A stretch of 64,000 nucleotides of DNA from Eubacteriales bacterium (GTDB taxonomy: Bacteria; Bacillota; Clostridia; Oscillospirales; CAG-272): assembly GCA_045535375.1 (NCBI GenBank), contig JAZSLM010000007.1, positions 15,322 through 79,321 of the forward strand, read 5' to 3'. The position numbers and the translations under genes are program-made. The notes under the pieces are model-generated. The model ran no database searches. It worked only from the letters and a program-made list of their open reading frames with translations, and was not told the origin of the DNA. Shown here one piece after another: positions 45,653-55,180 of the stretch (positions within the stretch are counted from its first letter, which is position 1; every line of letters starts with the position of its first letter).

Positions 45653-47512
45653 ATGAAGAGAATTGCCGAAAGATTTGCAGAAAAAAGCTATGACTTCATC
45701 GTTGTCGGCGGCGGAATGTCGGGAGTTTGTGCCGCTATTGAGGCAGCTCGCTCGGGTGCGAGAACCGCGCTCATCCACGCTCGTCCCGTTCTCGGCGGCA
45801 ATGCATCGAGCGAGATCAGAGTACACATTTCGGGCGCCGATCACGGTATGGAGAAGCCCGACTACGCCGAAAGCGGTCTGCTTTACGAGCTGATGCTCGA
45901 AAATAAGGCGCGGAACGAGCATTTTTCCTACTCGATCTGGGATATGATCCTCTTTGAGGCGGCAAAAAACACCGAAAATCTCACCGTTTACTATAACACC
46001 GTCCTCTACGACTGCGAGACCGAGGGCGACCGCATCACCGCCGCGCTCTGCGTTCAGGAGACGACCGAGATGCGATACCGTCTGACAGCGCCCCTCTTCG
46101 CCGACTGCACGGGCAACGGCACGCTCGGCTACTACGCGGGTGCGGAATACCGCCAAGGAAGCGAATCAAAGGCTGAAACCGGCGAGATCGACGCCCCCGA
46201 GGTAGGAAACAACGAGCGAATGGGCAACACCATCTACTTCCGCGCTCGGAATATGGGGCATCCCGTCAAGTTTACGCCTCCGTCCTTTGCCAAAAAATAC
46301 ACCGAACACGATCTGCGATTCCGCATGCACTGCGCGAACCACAAGGTCGATTACTCGGGCTGCAAGGACCCCGAAAAGAACGAGGCTTGCGGCGGAGTTT
46401 CGGCTCGCGGAGTCGATTACGGCTACTTCTGGATCGAGCTGATGGGCGACAAGGACGACATCATCACCGATTACGAAAACATCCGCGACGAGCTTGTCGC
46501 GTCGCTTTACGGCGTCTGGGATCACATCAAGAACGGCGGCGACCACGGCGCGGAGAATCACGAGCTTGAATGGGTCGGAATGCTCCCCGGCACGCGCGAA
46601 TCGCGCAGGCTTATGGGTGATTATATCCTCGACGAAACCGATATTCTTGAAAACCGTATTTTTGACGATGCAGTCGCCTACGGCGGTTGGTGCGTCGATC
46701 TTCATTGCCCGCACGGTCTGCTCGACACCGACATCATGCCCTCGGGCGACTGCCGCTTCTACGACGGCGTTTACACGATCCCCTACCGCTGTTACTACTC
46801 GAAAAACATTGAAAACCTCTTTATGGCGGGCAGAAATATATCCGCGACCAAGCTCGGAATGTGTTCGACGCGCATTATCGGCTGCTGCGCGATCGGCGGA
46901 CAGGCTGTCGGCGCGGCTGCCGCGCTCTGCACGAAATACTCCTGCGACCCGCGCGGACTCGCTCCCCATATTTCCGAGCTCCAACAGCTTCTTCTCCGCC
47001 GCGACTGCTTTATTCCCGGATTCAAGAATGAAGACGGGCTCGATCTCGCAAGAGATGCAAAATTTACCGCGACCTCGCAGAAAGAAAACTGCGAGCCCGC
47101 GAAAGTCACCGACGGCATCTCTCGCCGACTTGGCGAGGACTCGCACGGCTGGGTCTCCGACGGAATCCGCGAGAGCGGCGAGGTGCTTACGATGTCGTTT
47201 GACTCGGCAAAAGCTCTTTCCGAGATCGCGCTGACCTTTGAGTCGGATTTCAACTACCCCATCCGCGTGACGATGGCGCCGAACCGCCAGGTTCAGCAGC
47301 GCCCCGGCGTCCCTGCCGAGCTTGTCAAGGATTATGATATCGTTTTCAAGAAGGACGGCGAGCGCGTAAAGACTATCGAAATTCGCGATAATCATCAAAG
47401 ACATAACGTACATAAATTTGACTCTACCGAGTGCGATAGCGTCGAGTTCCGCATTTATTCGACCAACGGCGCGAAGGATATTACGATTTTTGAGGTAAGA
47501 GCTTACGAATAA
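45653..47512 (+). CDS. FAD-dependent oxidoreductase (pfam12831-like) with a C-terminal discoidin/F5-8-type-C-like domain
   Basis: The start is MKRIAERF, with GGAGG 9 nt upstream. The dinucleotide-binding motif is DFIVVGGGMSGVCAAIEAARSG. The C-terminal beta-sandwich-like segment ends ...ITIFEVRAYE. Confidence 0.75.
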   Translation: MKRIAERFAEKSYDFIVVGGGMSGVCAAIEAARSGARTALIHARPVLGGNASSEIRVHISGADHGMEKPDYAESGLLYELMLENKARNEHFSYSIWDMILFEAAKNTENLTVYYNTVLYDCETEGDRITAALCVQETTEMRYRLTAPLFADCTGNGTLGYYAGAEYRQGSESKAETGEIDAPEVGNNERMGNTIYFRARNMGHPVKFTPPSFAKKYTEHDLRFRMHCANHKVDYSGCKDPEKNEACGGVSARGVDYGYFWIELMGDKDDIITDYENIRDELVASLYGVWDHIKNGGDHGAENHELEWVGMLPGTRESRRLMGDYILDETDILENRIFDDAVAYGGWCVDLHCPHGLLDTDIMPSGDCRFYDGVYTIPYRCYYSKNIENLFMAGRNISATKLGMCSTRIIGCCAIGGQAVGAAAALCTKYSCDPRGLAPHISELQQLLLRRDCFIPGFKNEDGLDLARDAKFTATSQKENCEPAKVTDGISRRLGEDSHGWVSDGIRESGEVLTMSFDSAKALSEIALTFESDFNYPIRVTMAPNRQVQQRPGVPAELVKDYDIVFKKDGERVKTIEIRDNHQRHNVHKFDSTECDSVEFRIYSTNGAKDITIFEVRAYE

Positions 47513-47595
47513 CACAGCGAAAAGTTTTGATCAAACTTTTTCAGAAAAGTGTGTTTGCCTTCGGCAAACGGCGGAGTATGAGGCAGAGCCTCATT

Positions 47596-47690
47596 TCAAT
47601 GCGAAGTGCGGCTCTGGCGGTTTTCCGAAGGAAAATGGAGGCGTGAGCCGACAAGACAGAGTCGTCATTTGCCGAAGGTAAATATTTCAG
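47596..47690 (+). ncRNA. Copy A of a structured repeat of about 85 nt (candidate small RNA or REP-like element)
   Basis: About 85% identical to 56081-56165. It has three helices (outer gcggctcTg/cAgagtcgt; ttttcC-gaa-Ggaaaa; atttgcc-gaa-ggtaaat). Differences between the copies are compensatory or wobble-compatible. Confidence 0.45.
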
Positions 47691-47831
47691 CTTTTGCTTC
47701 AATGCTTCGAAAATCTGAAGCTCTGCTTCTGATTTTCGGACAGAGTCGATACTTCCCGAATGTAGGGAAGTATCGACTTTGTCACCCCACCGCATCGGTT
47801 GAATAATACAAGCTTATCGAGGAGAATGTAC

Positions 47832-48539
47832 ATGGAAATCACCGAATCCAGACTTGCATCTCTTTTTACCGAACTATCAGCGCAAGGACTGCAACAATAT
47901 GAAGAAATCTTAAAAAATAAAGACGGAATTCTCCAAAGCTGCACTTCCTTCAAATATGGAATCGGAGGATTAAATCTGCCCGCACGCGGATATTTTTGTC
48001 CGTCTCTTATTATGGATACAGTTGTCGGTAACTGTTCAAGAGGACGGCTTGTCTGTAAGCCGAAAAGCACTACACATCCCGATTTCAAATACGGATTCAC
48101 AAAAGAGGGCGAGCTTGTCTATATTGAAAGCCTTTACGAAGGCAAAAAAGTTTTAACCGAGTACATTTTGCGCGAGAATAACGTAATAACAGGCTTTACC
48201 TTTAACGACGAAGATGTATTGGTAAACTACTCACGCGAACAATACCAAAACGGAAGACTTATTGCTTATTCGCTTGTCTTTTATGACGAAATACTAGGAA
48301 AAGCGTACAGCCTTCACAACGAAACTTACAATATAAATGACCGCCGAATGACGGCAAGCTTTTTTGACTACGAGCCGAAAACGGGTAAACTTTCAAGCTC
48401 ATGCCGTGGGGATTATTATTGCTTTTATATTGATAACGAAGGTTATTTAATGTCATATTATCCCTCAAAAAACGGAATCGACCCTATTGATGATCGCGTG
48501 TTTGAATGCGCACCGAAACGTAGGCGCATAATTGAATAA
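47832..48539 (+). CDS. Low-GC orphan protein, unknown function
   Basis: 235 aa from MEITESRL, with GAGGAG 7 nt upstream. Codon third positions are A/T-rich, unlike the neighbours. I recognise no motif. Confidence 0.55.
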   Translation: MEITESRLASLFTELSAQGLQQYEEILKNKDGILQSCTSFKYGIGGLNLPARGYFCPSLIMDTVVGNCSRGRLVCKPKSTTHPDFKYGFTKEGELVYIESLYEGKKVLTEYILRENNVITGFTFNDEDVLVNYSREQYQNGRLIAYSLVFYDEILGKAYSLHNETYNINDRRMTASFFDYEPKTGKLSSSCRGDYYCFYIDNEGYLMSYYPSKNGIDPIDDRVFECAPKRRRIIE

Positions 48540-48568
48540 CTTTATTTAGAACGACAAATAAAAGATTC

Positions 48569-49010
48569 GTGCTCTCAGACTTCCCCCTTCCGGTTTACGG
48601 AAGGGGGAGTGAGGGGGATGGTCCCGTGCGGATTCGGCGGTTTTCCGTAGGAAAACGGCGGTGTTTAACCGCCGAGACGGATTCGCCGCTTGCCGAAAGG
48701 CAAGCATTTTGCCGACACAAAATTATTAGGATATCGGCAAAGATTCTGAGCAGGCGCAAAATTATCTCCGAGGCCCCGCAGGAAGAATAAAATCGCTGTA
48801 GATTAGCGCGCCCGAATGGGCGCGCGGGGTGAAGGAGCGAAAACCTCCCGCGAGGGGAGGTTTTACTCCTTCCAAACGGTCGGCAGGGGCGCCGCCCGTT
48901 TGAAGCACGGAGAGTGTTTCGCCCTCTGCGGAGGGCGACTAAAGAAACTTTTTGAAAAAAGTTTCTTTAGAATCTTCAAAAACTTCCCGCTGATTTCTGT
49001 CGAATGAAAG
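48569..49010. repeat. Dense array of at least eight unrelated GC hairpins, including divergent copy C (48625-48716) of the structured repeat
   Basis: Examples: cttcccccttccg-gttta-cggaagggggag, ttttcc-gta-ggaaaa, cggcgg-tgtttaa-ccgccg, cttgcc-gaaa-ggcaag, gcgcgccc-gaat-gggcgcgc, aaacctcccc-gcga-ggggaggttt, cgccctc-tgcg-gagggcg, aaagaaacttttt-gaaa-aaagtttcttt. Confidence 0.75.
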
Positions 49011-49019
49011 GAAAAATTT

Positions 49020-50300
49020 ATGGACATTTCCGCAATTCTTAAAAATCTTGAGCACTGCCCTTGCGGCAGGGTGCACACCGTAAACATCAAAGCCGTCGAG
49101 ATCGGCGATGGTGTGCTTGCGCGAACTGCCGAAATCTTGCGCGGTGCGGGATTTCCCCGCCGAATTCTTGCCGTTGCTGACAAAAACACTCTTGCGGCTT
49201 CGGGAAATATCATAAATATACTCGAAAACGGCGGTTTTTCGGTAAAGCTCAAGCTTTACGACGATCTGCGCGAGCCGACTGTCGAGCGAGTGAATGAAAT
49301 TTGTAAACTTTGCGCCGATGTCGAAGCCATTCTTTCGATCGGCACGGGATCGCTCAACGACATCTGCCGCCGCGCGGCGCTCCTATGTGACCGTGAATTC
49401 GCGATCTTTGCAACCGCGCCCTCGATGGACGGTTTCGCTTCGGGAACCTCGCCGATAATCGAAAACGGCTTCAAGGCGACTCTTCCCGCGCGTCAGCCTT
49501 CGGTCATCATTGCCGACACCGCCATCCTCGCCGCCGCGCCCGCGCATCTCAAAGCCGCGGGATTCGGCGACATTATCGGAAAATTCACCGCCCTTGTCGA
49601 TTGGCGCGTGGCGCATCTGACCGTCGGTGAATACTATTGCGAAAATATCGCGAATCTCGTCCGCGAGGCGCTTCGCAGAATTTGCTCGATGGCTCACCGC
49701 GTTTCCGCAGAAGATGCCGAAACCGCGGGCACGATCATGGAGATCCTCGTTTTCACGGGACTTGCAATGAAGCTTGCCGAAGCCTCCCGTCCCGCCTCCG
49801 GCGCGGAGCACATGATCTCGCACATGATCGGCATGCGCCGGCTCGCCGAGGGTAAGATCTCGGATTTTCACGGCAAAAAGGTCGGCGTCGCCACCGTGAC
49901 CCTTTGCGATCTGTATCATAAGTCAACCGAAATTACACCGAATTTCCGTCCCGACACTCCCGATTGGGAGCGCGTTTACACCGCGTTTGGCGAAAACATC
50001 AAGGGAAACATCATCCGCGAGAATTCGCCGCCTATCACCGACCGCCTCGATCCCGCAGTCATAGCTTCGCAGTGGCAGGAAATCGGCAAGATCGTCCGCG
50101 AGGAGCTGCCAACGCAGGCTGAACTTCTCGAGATTATGCACGCGGCAGGCGCGGCAACGACCTACGCAGAGATCGATACCGACGAAGCTCTCGCCCGCGA
50201 CTGCATCGTCTATCATCCCTACATGCGCGACAAGATCGTCCTCTCGCGCATCCTCCGCATGACAGATATTGATCCCGCGGAGTTTGTAAGATTCAAATAA
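49020..50300 (+). CDS. Iron-containing alcohol dehydrogenase-family protein, sn-glycerol-1-phosphate dehydrogenase-like (AraM/EgsA-like)
   Basis: 426 aa with GTGSLNDICR and ASGAEHMISHMIG metal-site motifs. Confidence 0.6.
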   Translation: MDISAILKNLEHCPCGRVHTVNIKAVEIGDGVLARTAEILRGAGFPRRILAVADKNTLAASGNIINILENGGFSVKLKLYDDLREPTVERVNEICKLCADVEAILSIGTGSLNDICRRAALLCDREFAIFATAPSMDGFASGTSPIIENGFKATLPARQPSVIIADTAILAAAPAHLKAAGFGDIIGKFTALVDWRVAHLTVGEYYCENIANLVREALRRICSMAHRVSAEDAETAGTIMEILVFTGLAMKLAEASRPASGAEHMISHMIGMRRLAEGKISDFHGKKVGVATVTLCDLYHKSTEITPNFRPDTPDWERVYTAFGENIKGNIIRENSPPITDRLDPAVIASQWQEIGKIVREELPTQAELLEIMHAAGAATTYAEIDTDEALARDCIVYHPYMRDKIVLSRILRMTDIDPAEFVRFK

Positions 50301-50304
50301 TGAC

Positions 50305-50340
50305 AAAATCGGCTTCATCCTTCGATGAAGCCGATTTTTT
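50305..50340. terminator. Bidirectional terminator
   Basis: aaaatcggcttcatc-cttc-gatgaagccgatttt plus a T-run. Confidence 0.8.
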
Positions 50341-50341
50341 G

Positions 50342-52453
50342 TTAATTATAAAGCTCCGGATGTGCCGCGCGGTAGGTTTCCCAGATTTCTTTGAGCTGTT
50401 CGTCGGATATATATTTGCTGTCATACGCGTAATTCAGGCTGAATTCTTTGCTATACCCCCAGAAGAAGCCGAGTCTTTGCGTTGTGGGATAGATAAACTC
50501 ATATTCACCGACTCTATCGACGGTCACAGTCGCTTCGTAGGTCTTATCAGTGCAATCGAGAAAAGCCACGCATCCTGCGTCGGTTTTGCCGTAGCAACGG
50601 ATCGAATAGACCGCTCCATTTTCGTGCGCCGCGCCGAATTCGACCTCCGAATGTATAATAGCCTTGATATCCTGCTCTGAAAGCTCAATCGGTGCGGTTA
50701 CTTTGTCGTAGGAATAGGGCGCGCTCTTGCTCCACTCGATAGCGGCGACGTTATCCTCGCTGATGATGCCGAGCTCGTATGCCTTGAGAATACTGTAAAA
50801 AACACCGTCCTTGTATATATACATCTGCTGACCGTCGGGGAAATAGAAAACGTATCCGCAGATATTTTCGTATCTTATCGCCATAGTATACATCCAGGGT
50901 CCGTCGAGCATAACGGCGTAGGCATCACCGAATTTGCCGTAACAACGCACGAAATAGCTATAATCAAGTTCCGATTCCGACGACGGCGCGATATATTCCC
51001 AAACGATCTCGCGCATTTTCTCTTCGCTGAGCTTTATGGGAGATTCTCGGTAAGCCTCGCCTATCTTCAGCCTTGCGGGAGGAGCGATCTCCTCGATGCC
51101 GCCAACGAGATTTTTGCTGTACTCAAGATGCCTTTCGTGCGCGAGGGCGACTTCGGATTTTGTTACGATTCCTTTTTCGTAAGCCTCGGCGAGAGGTGTG
51201 ATCTTGCCGTTTTCATAGACCAGAGGATCACAGTCGCTTCCGTCAAGTACGAATTTATATCCCGCGATCTCAACGACTGTCAGAGTATCATAGCTGTTTT
51301 GCGTTGCGATAAAGATTTTTGAACCTCTCTTGCCCCAATACTGATAATCCTCAAGTCGCTCCTCGTGGAAAAAGCGGTGCGGGTCGCGGCCCATTATCGA
51401 ATATGCGGCGCTGTCGGCGCTTTCTGCGGCATTTTCGGGGGTAAATTGAGCCGCAATATACATTTCGTAATATTCCGCATATCTCCGCTCGTAATTCCAC
51501 GCTTCGTAGGCTTCGTTTATCTTCCGCATCTCGTCTTCTGTGAGCTTTTCGAGATCGGAGGTGAATTCAAGAGCGACATAAGGATCGGATTGGAGGGGCA
51601 GATAATACTCGGTGTAATGCTCGTAAAACGCCTTTATTTCCTCATCGGTCATGATCTTTGCGCTTTCCGCCTCTTCGCCTATATAAATGCCCGTCGGATC
51701 ATAGAAGAAAATACCTCCGCTGAAAAAATCGAAATCGTAGCCGCCGAGAGTAAAATCCGTGCTGTTAAAGTAGTGCCGTGCCGACCAGATAATGACTGTG
51801 TCGCCGAATTTGCCGAAATAATAGCCGCGGTCCTTTATTCTCTGCGTGGCAATCTCGAGCGTGTCAAATAACTTGTACGTATCCTTGGCGTCAATTCTTT
51901 TCGCGTAAGTCAGATTCAAGGCGTCAAGCTCGGCTTGTGTGATAACGTACTCGCCCTCTCCCAGGACTATTTCGGGCTTGAAATGACGATAGGTATTGGC
52001 ATAATAATCATAAAACGCGCCTAAATGATCGGGAGTGAAGACCTCCGTGAGCGCAATTTCGCTCTGTGTATATACCTTATCGCCGTTGACGAAATACAAA
52101 TGACCGCGCGGAAATACGAACGTATATCCGTTCCATTCGAAATCCATATCCCATTCATACGAATATCGGTAAAAAACGAAAGTTCTGCCGTATCTGCCGA
52201 AATAGAAATTGCCCTGTTCGCTTCTCTTCATCGCCTCTTTTGGCGTGGCGGAGAAATCCCTGCCGAACTCGGCGCGCCAGAGCTTGTTTATAGCAGAAAG
52301 CTCCGCGTCGGTAATGACGTGTTCGGTGTCGATCTCGGAGTTGTAAACGAAATCTTCAAGTTTCGGCTCGACATCGGGGGCTTCATCGCAGGCGGCGAAA
52401 AAGCAGATAAGTGCGAGCAGAAGCGAAAGGATCGCGTTTTTTCGTAGTTTCAT
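50342..52453 (-). CDS. Lipoprotein built from five copies of a module of about 110-130 aa (YGKFG...GYxFxF...YxDG...AYExGII)
   Basis: Lipobox LLLALICFFAAC, 703 aa. Modules 2-4 are collinear with the C-terminal half of 52649..55180. Confidence 0.8.
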   Translation of the reverse strand: MKLRKNAILSLLLALICFFAACDEAPDVEPKLEDFVYNSEIDTEHVITDAELSAINKLWRAEFGRDFSATPKEAMKRSEQGNFYFGRYGRTFVFYRYSYEWDMDFEWNGYTFVFPRGHLYFVNGDKVYTQSEIALTEVFTPDHLGAFYDYYANTYRHFKPEIVLGEGEYVITQAELDALNLTYAKRIDAKDTYKLFDTLEIATQRIKDRGYYFGKFGDTVIIWSARHYFNSTDFTLGGYDFDFFSGGIFFYDPTGIYIGEEAESAKIMTDEEIKAFYEHYTEYYLPLQSDPYVALEFTSDLEKLTEDEMRKINEAYEAWNYERRYAEYYEMYIAAQFTPENAAESADSAAYSIMGRDPHRFFHEERLEDYQYWGKRGSKIFIATQNSYDTLTVVEIAGYKFVLDGSDCDPLVYENGKITPLAEAYEKGIVTKSEVALAHERHLEYSKNLVGGIEEIAPPARLKIGEAYRESPIKLSEEKMREIVWEYIAPSSESELDYSYFVRCYGKFGDAYAVMLDGPWMYTMAIRYENICGYVFYFPDGQQMYIYKDGVFYSILKAYELGIISEDNVAAIEWSKSAPYSYDKVTAPIELSEQDIKAIIHSEVEFGAAHENGAVYSIRCYGKTDAGCVAFLDCTDKTYEATVTVDRVGEYEFIYPTTQRLGFFWGYSKEFSLNYAYDSKYISDEQLKEIWETYRAAHPELYN

Positions 52454-52602
52454 AGCGGTGTGCCTCCTTTTTTATTTCTTCATATATTTCATATATAGAC
52501 GGTTTTTGCGCAGTAAAAGTTTCACTTTCTTTGAAAATTTCTCCGATTTTATTATATCATATAGGAAAAGAGATGTCAAGTGCATCGAAAAATATATAAT
52601 TC

Positions 52603-52635
52603 ATTAAAAAATGGGCGGGATGAAGGATCCCGCCC
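52603..52635 (-). terminator. Terminator of the module 4 operon
   Basis: gggcggga-tccttca-tcccgccc followed by TTTTTT on the minus strand. Confidence 0.75.
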
Positions 52636-52648
52636 TAAAAAATACGTA

Positions 52649-55180
52649 TCAATCAGCAATCAGGGTTTTACTCCACTGAATTTCCGCAACATCATCTTTG
52701 CTTATAATATCCCTTGCATAAGCTTCGGCAAGCCTATAGAAAACGCCGTCTTTGTAAATATACATAGGCTGGCTGTTCGGGAAACTAAATCTGTAACCGG
52801 CAACATCCTCGGTCTCGATCATCTGCGAATACATATACGGTCCATCGATCATTACAGCATACGCGCCTCCATCAAACTTTCCGTAGCATCTTACGCCAAA
52901 GGTATATTTCAGTTCCTTGTCGTTTTCGATATGCTCCCAAACTATCTCGCGCTTCTCGGCATCGGTCAGTTCGATGGGGGAAGGGTTTTCGGGGTTATCC
53001 GCAATCTTTAATTCATCGGGTATCGGCTCTTCCTTACGGCCGCCGGTGAAACAGTAGTAGTAATAAGCCAGATGCCTCTCGTGCGCCTTGGCAACCTCCT
53101 GCTCGCTGACAATGCCCCGCTCATAAGCTACCGAAAGCTCTGTAACAACACCGTCCGAATATACAAGAGGTAACGAATCATATCCTCCAAGAACAAATCT
53201 GTAACCTGCAATTTCGGTCGTGGTGAAAGCTATTGCAATATCCCTTTCTTTTGCTATAAATATCTTTCCGCCTATCTTTCCGTAATAATGGTACTCATCA
53301 AATTTCGATGATCTGAAAAACCTGTGCGGGTGATAGCCTATGCTGCTGTAGGTGTATTCATAAGCCTTGTCATAGTCTTTGGTAGATTCAAATCTCTTCT
53401 CAACGTACCACTTTTCGTAAGCCTCGTTGACGCTCTTCATTTCGTCTTCCTCGAGCGTTTCAATATCGGGCGTGAAAGAAAGGATGTCATAATCGTAAGT
53501 GATAAGCGGGAGATAATGCTCGGTGAAAGCATCGTGAAAGGCTTTGGCTTCTTCCGGAGTGAGCAGGTCATCGGGCACGTTGGCGTTTTCATACCATTTG
53601 TAACCCTTTATGAACCATACTCTTCCTTCATAAAAGTCAAAATCATACCCACACAGACTAAAGTTGCATTTTCCCGACATATTCTCTAAGATTATAAAAG
53701 TATTGCCGTACTTTCCGAAATAATAATGTGTCCACGGGGTTCTTCTCATAGCCCTTTCCACATCGGAGAAACGGCGGAAGTTTTTGCTCTTACCGGGATA
53801 AGTTGCATTCCACGCATCATTTATCCGCTCAAGGTCCTCCTCGGTTATAACGTAATCGTAACCCGTCGGCTTGATCTCTTTGATATCGCCGCTTTCAAGA
53901 TCGATCTCGACCCAAACACGTCCGCTGTCTATTCCAAGCTCGGGGAAGGTGCCGCAGAAATCGCCTATCATTTTTCCGCAGGCAATGATCTGTTCGGAAG
54001 GAGGAATACTTGCTATTTTCTCGTTTTTATATATCTCGCGGTCATCCTTACCGTCAAGAGCGCAATAACGCAGCACGTCGGATTCGGTTGTTCCATAAGG
54101 ATCAGAGATTGGAGTGTTTGACAGAAGGTAATTCACCCCGCGATGTTCGAAAGGATAGTAATATATGCCGTCGTTCATAAGCCAATAGCTCGCGATCCCA
54201 CTGATAAGGATTTTTGATCTTCCGCTCTTGACGTCAACGGCAATAAGATCATAACCTATACGTTTGCTTGCAAGAAAATACAGCTTGCCGTCAAGGTATG
54301 AGGGATTTGTCGCTCTCTCGTAATCGGTCTTCTCACCGTTCCAAAGTATTCGTTCGTTTCCGGTTTCGATATTATATGATTTGATCACCGATTTTTCCGT
54401 GATAGTGTCGACGGAAACTTCAGAACGGGTCTTGATGGTTATGATCTCCCCGTCCGCGATCACAACGAGCTCTTCTTCTGCTTCGAAAGTTTTGACAATC
54501 TCTTCCTCACCGCCCAAGAGCGGAATTCTGCATAACTGACCCCGCGAATTTATGATGTTGAGCGATCTGAAGTAGTAGTAATAATCGCCGTAAACATAGC
54601 CTTTTCCGACGGTATATTGATATGAGATCTTGCAGAGATCGACAGATTGCATCGTTAAAAGATCAAGTGCCGCGACGTAGCAGTAACGCTCGTCAATCGG
54701 AAGGGAACTGTCCTCATAAATATAGTAAAGCTTTCCGTCCGCGATCTGGGAAAGACATTTGACCTCTTTGGCAGGCATCCCTTCAGCCTTGCCGCTGAGA
54801 TCGCGGAACTCGCCCGTTTCGGGCAAATAGCGTGTAAGGTGTCCTTTATCAAGGAAATAGACCTCATCACCGAAGACCTGATAACCCGTTCTGATCACTT
54901 CTGACGAATCGGTGCTTTCCGAGGTCGTGATCGAGCCGGGATCGAGATCGATAATGCCCATGATATAGGATACGATCGGAAACACCGCGCCTATAAGCAT
55001 AACGCAGGCAGCGAGGAGGGCGGCGTATTTGACCGAGCGGAGGATCGTTCTTTTGCGCGGTGCGGGCGCGGCGGTGTCGGGAATCGAGATGTCGGAGAGC
55101 ACGTCGGCAAGGACTTCCTCGTCGATATAATACAGAGCCTCGAGCAGGCGTCTGTTTTCGGGTTTTATATTGCTTCTCAT
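52649..55180 (-). CDS. Single-pass membrane protein: putative anti-sigma N-domain, TM segment, propeller-like domain, three copies of the YGKFG/GYxF module (module 4)
   Basis: 843 aa. The N-terminus is MRSNIKPENRRLLEALYYIDEEVLADVL. The TM segment is YAALLAACVMLIGAVFPIVSYIMGI. The start overlaps the sigma stop by 4 nt. Confidence 0.8.
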   Translation of the reverse strand: MRSNIKPENRRLLEALYYIDEEVLADVLSDISIPDTAAPAPRKRTILRSVKYAALLAACVMLIGAVFPIVSYIMGIIDLDPGSITTSESTDSSEVIRTGYQVFGDEVYFLDKGHLTRYLPETGEFRDLSGKAEGMPAKEVKCLSQIADGKLYYIYEDSSLPIDERYCYVAALDLLTMQSVDLCKISYQYTVGKGYVYGDYYYYFRSLNIINSRGQLCRIPLLGGEEEIVKTFEAEEELVVIADGEIITIKTRSEVSVDTITEKSVIKSYNIETGNERILWNGEKTDYERATNPSYLDGKLYFLASKRIGYDLIAVDVKSGRSKILISGIASYWLMNDGIYYYPFEHRGVNYLLSNTPISDPYGTTESDVLRYCALDGKDDREIYKNEKIASIPPSEQIIACGKMIGDFCGTFPELGIDSGRVWVEIDLESGDIKEIKPTGYDYVITEEDLERINDAWNATYPGKSKNFRRFSDVERAMRRTPWTHYYFGKYGNTFIILENMSGKCNFSLCGYDFDFYEGRVWFIKGYKWYENANVPDDLLTPEEAKAFHDAFTEHYLPLITYDYDILSFTPDIETLEEDEMKSVNEAYEKWYVEKRFESTKDYDKAYEYTYSSIGYHPHRFFRSSKFDEYHYYGKIGGKIFIAKERDIAIAFTTTEIAGYRFVLGGYDSLPLVYSDGVVTELSVAYERGIVSEQEVAKAHERHLAYYYYCFTGGRKEEPIPDELKIADNPENPSPIELTDAEKREIVWEHIENDKELKYTFGVRCYGKFDGGAYAVMIDGPYMYSQMIETEDVAGYRFSFPNSQPMYIYKDGVFYRLAEAYARDIISKDDVAEIQWSKTLIAD

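Noticed and set aside
45473-46156. N-terminal 228-aa extension of the LRR lipoprotein (track ORF 43334..46156)
   Set aside because: The extension is antisense to the FAD oxidoreductase gene and its promoter. A canonical lipoprotein signal with AAGGAG sits at 45472.
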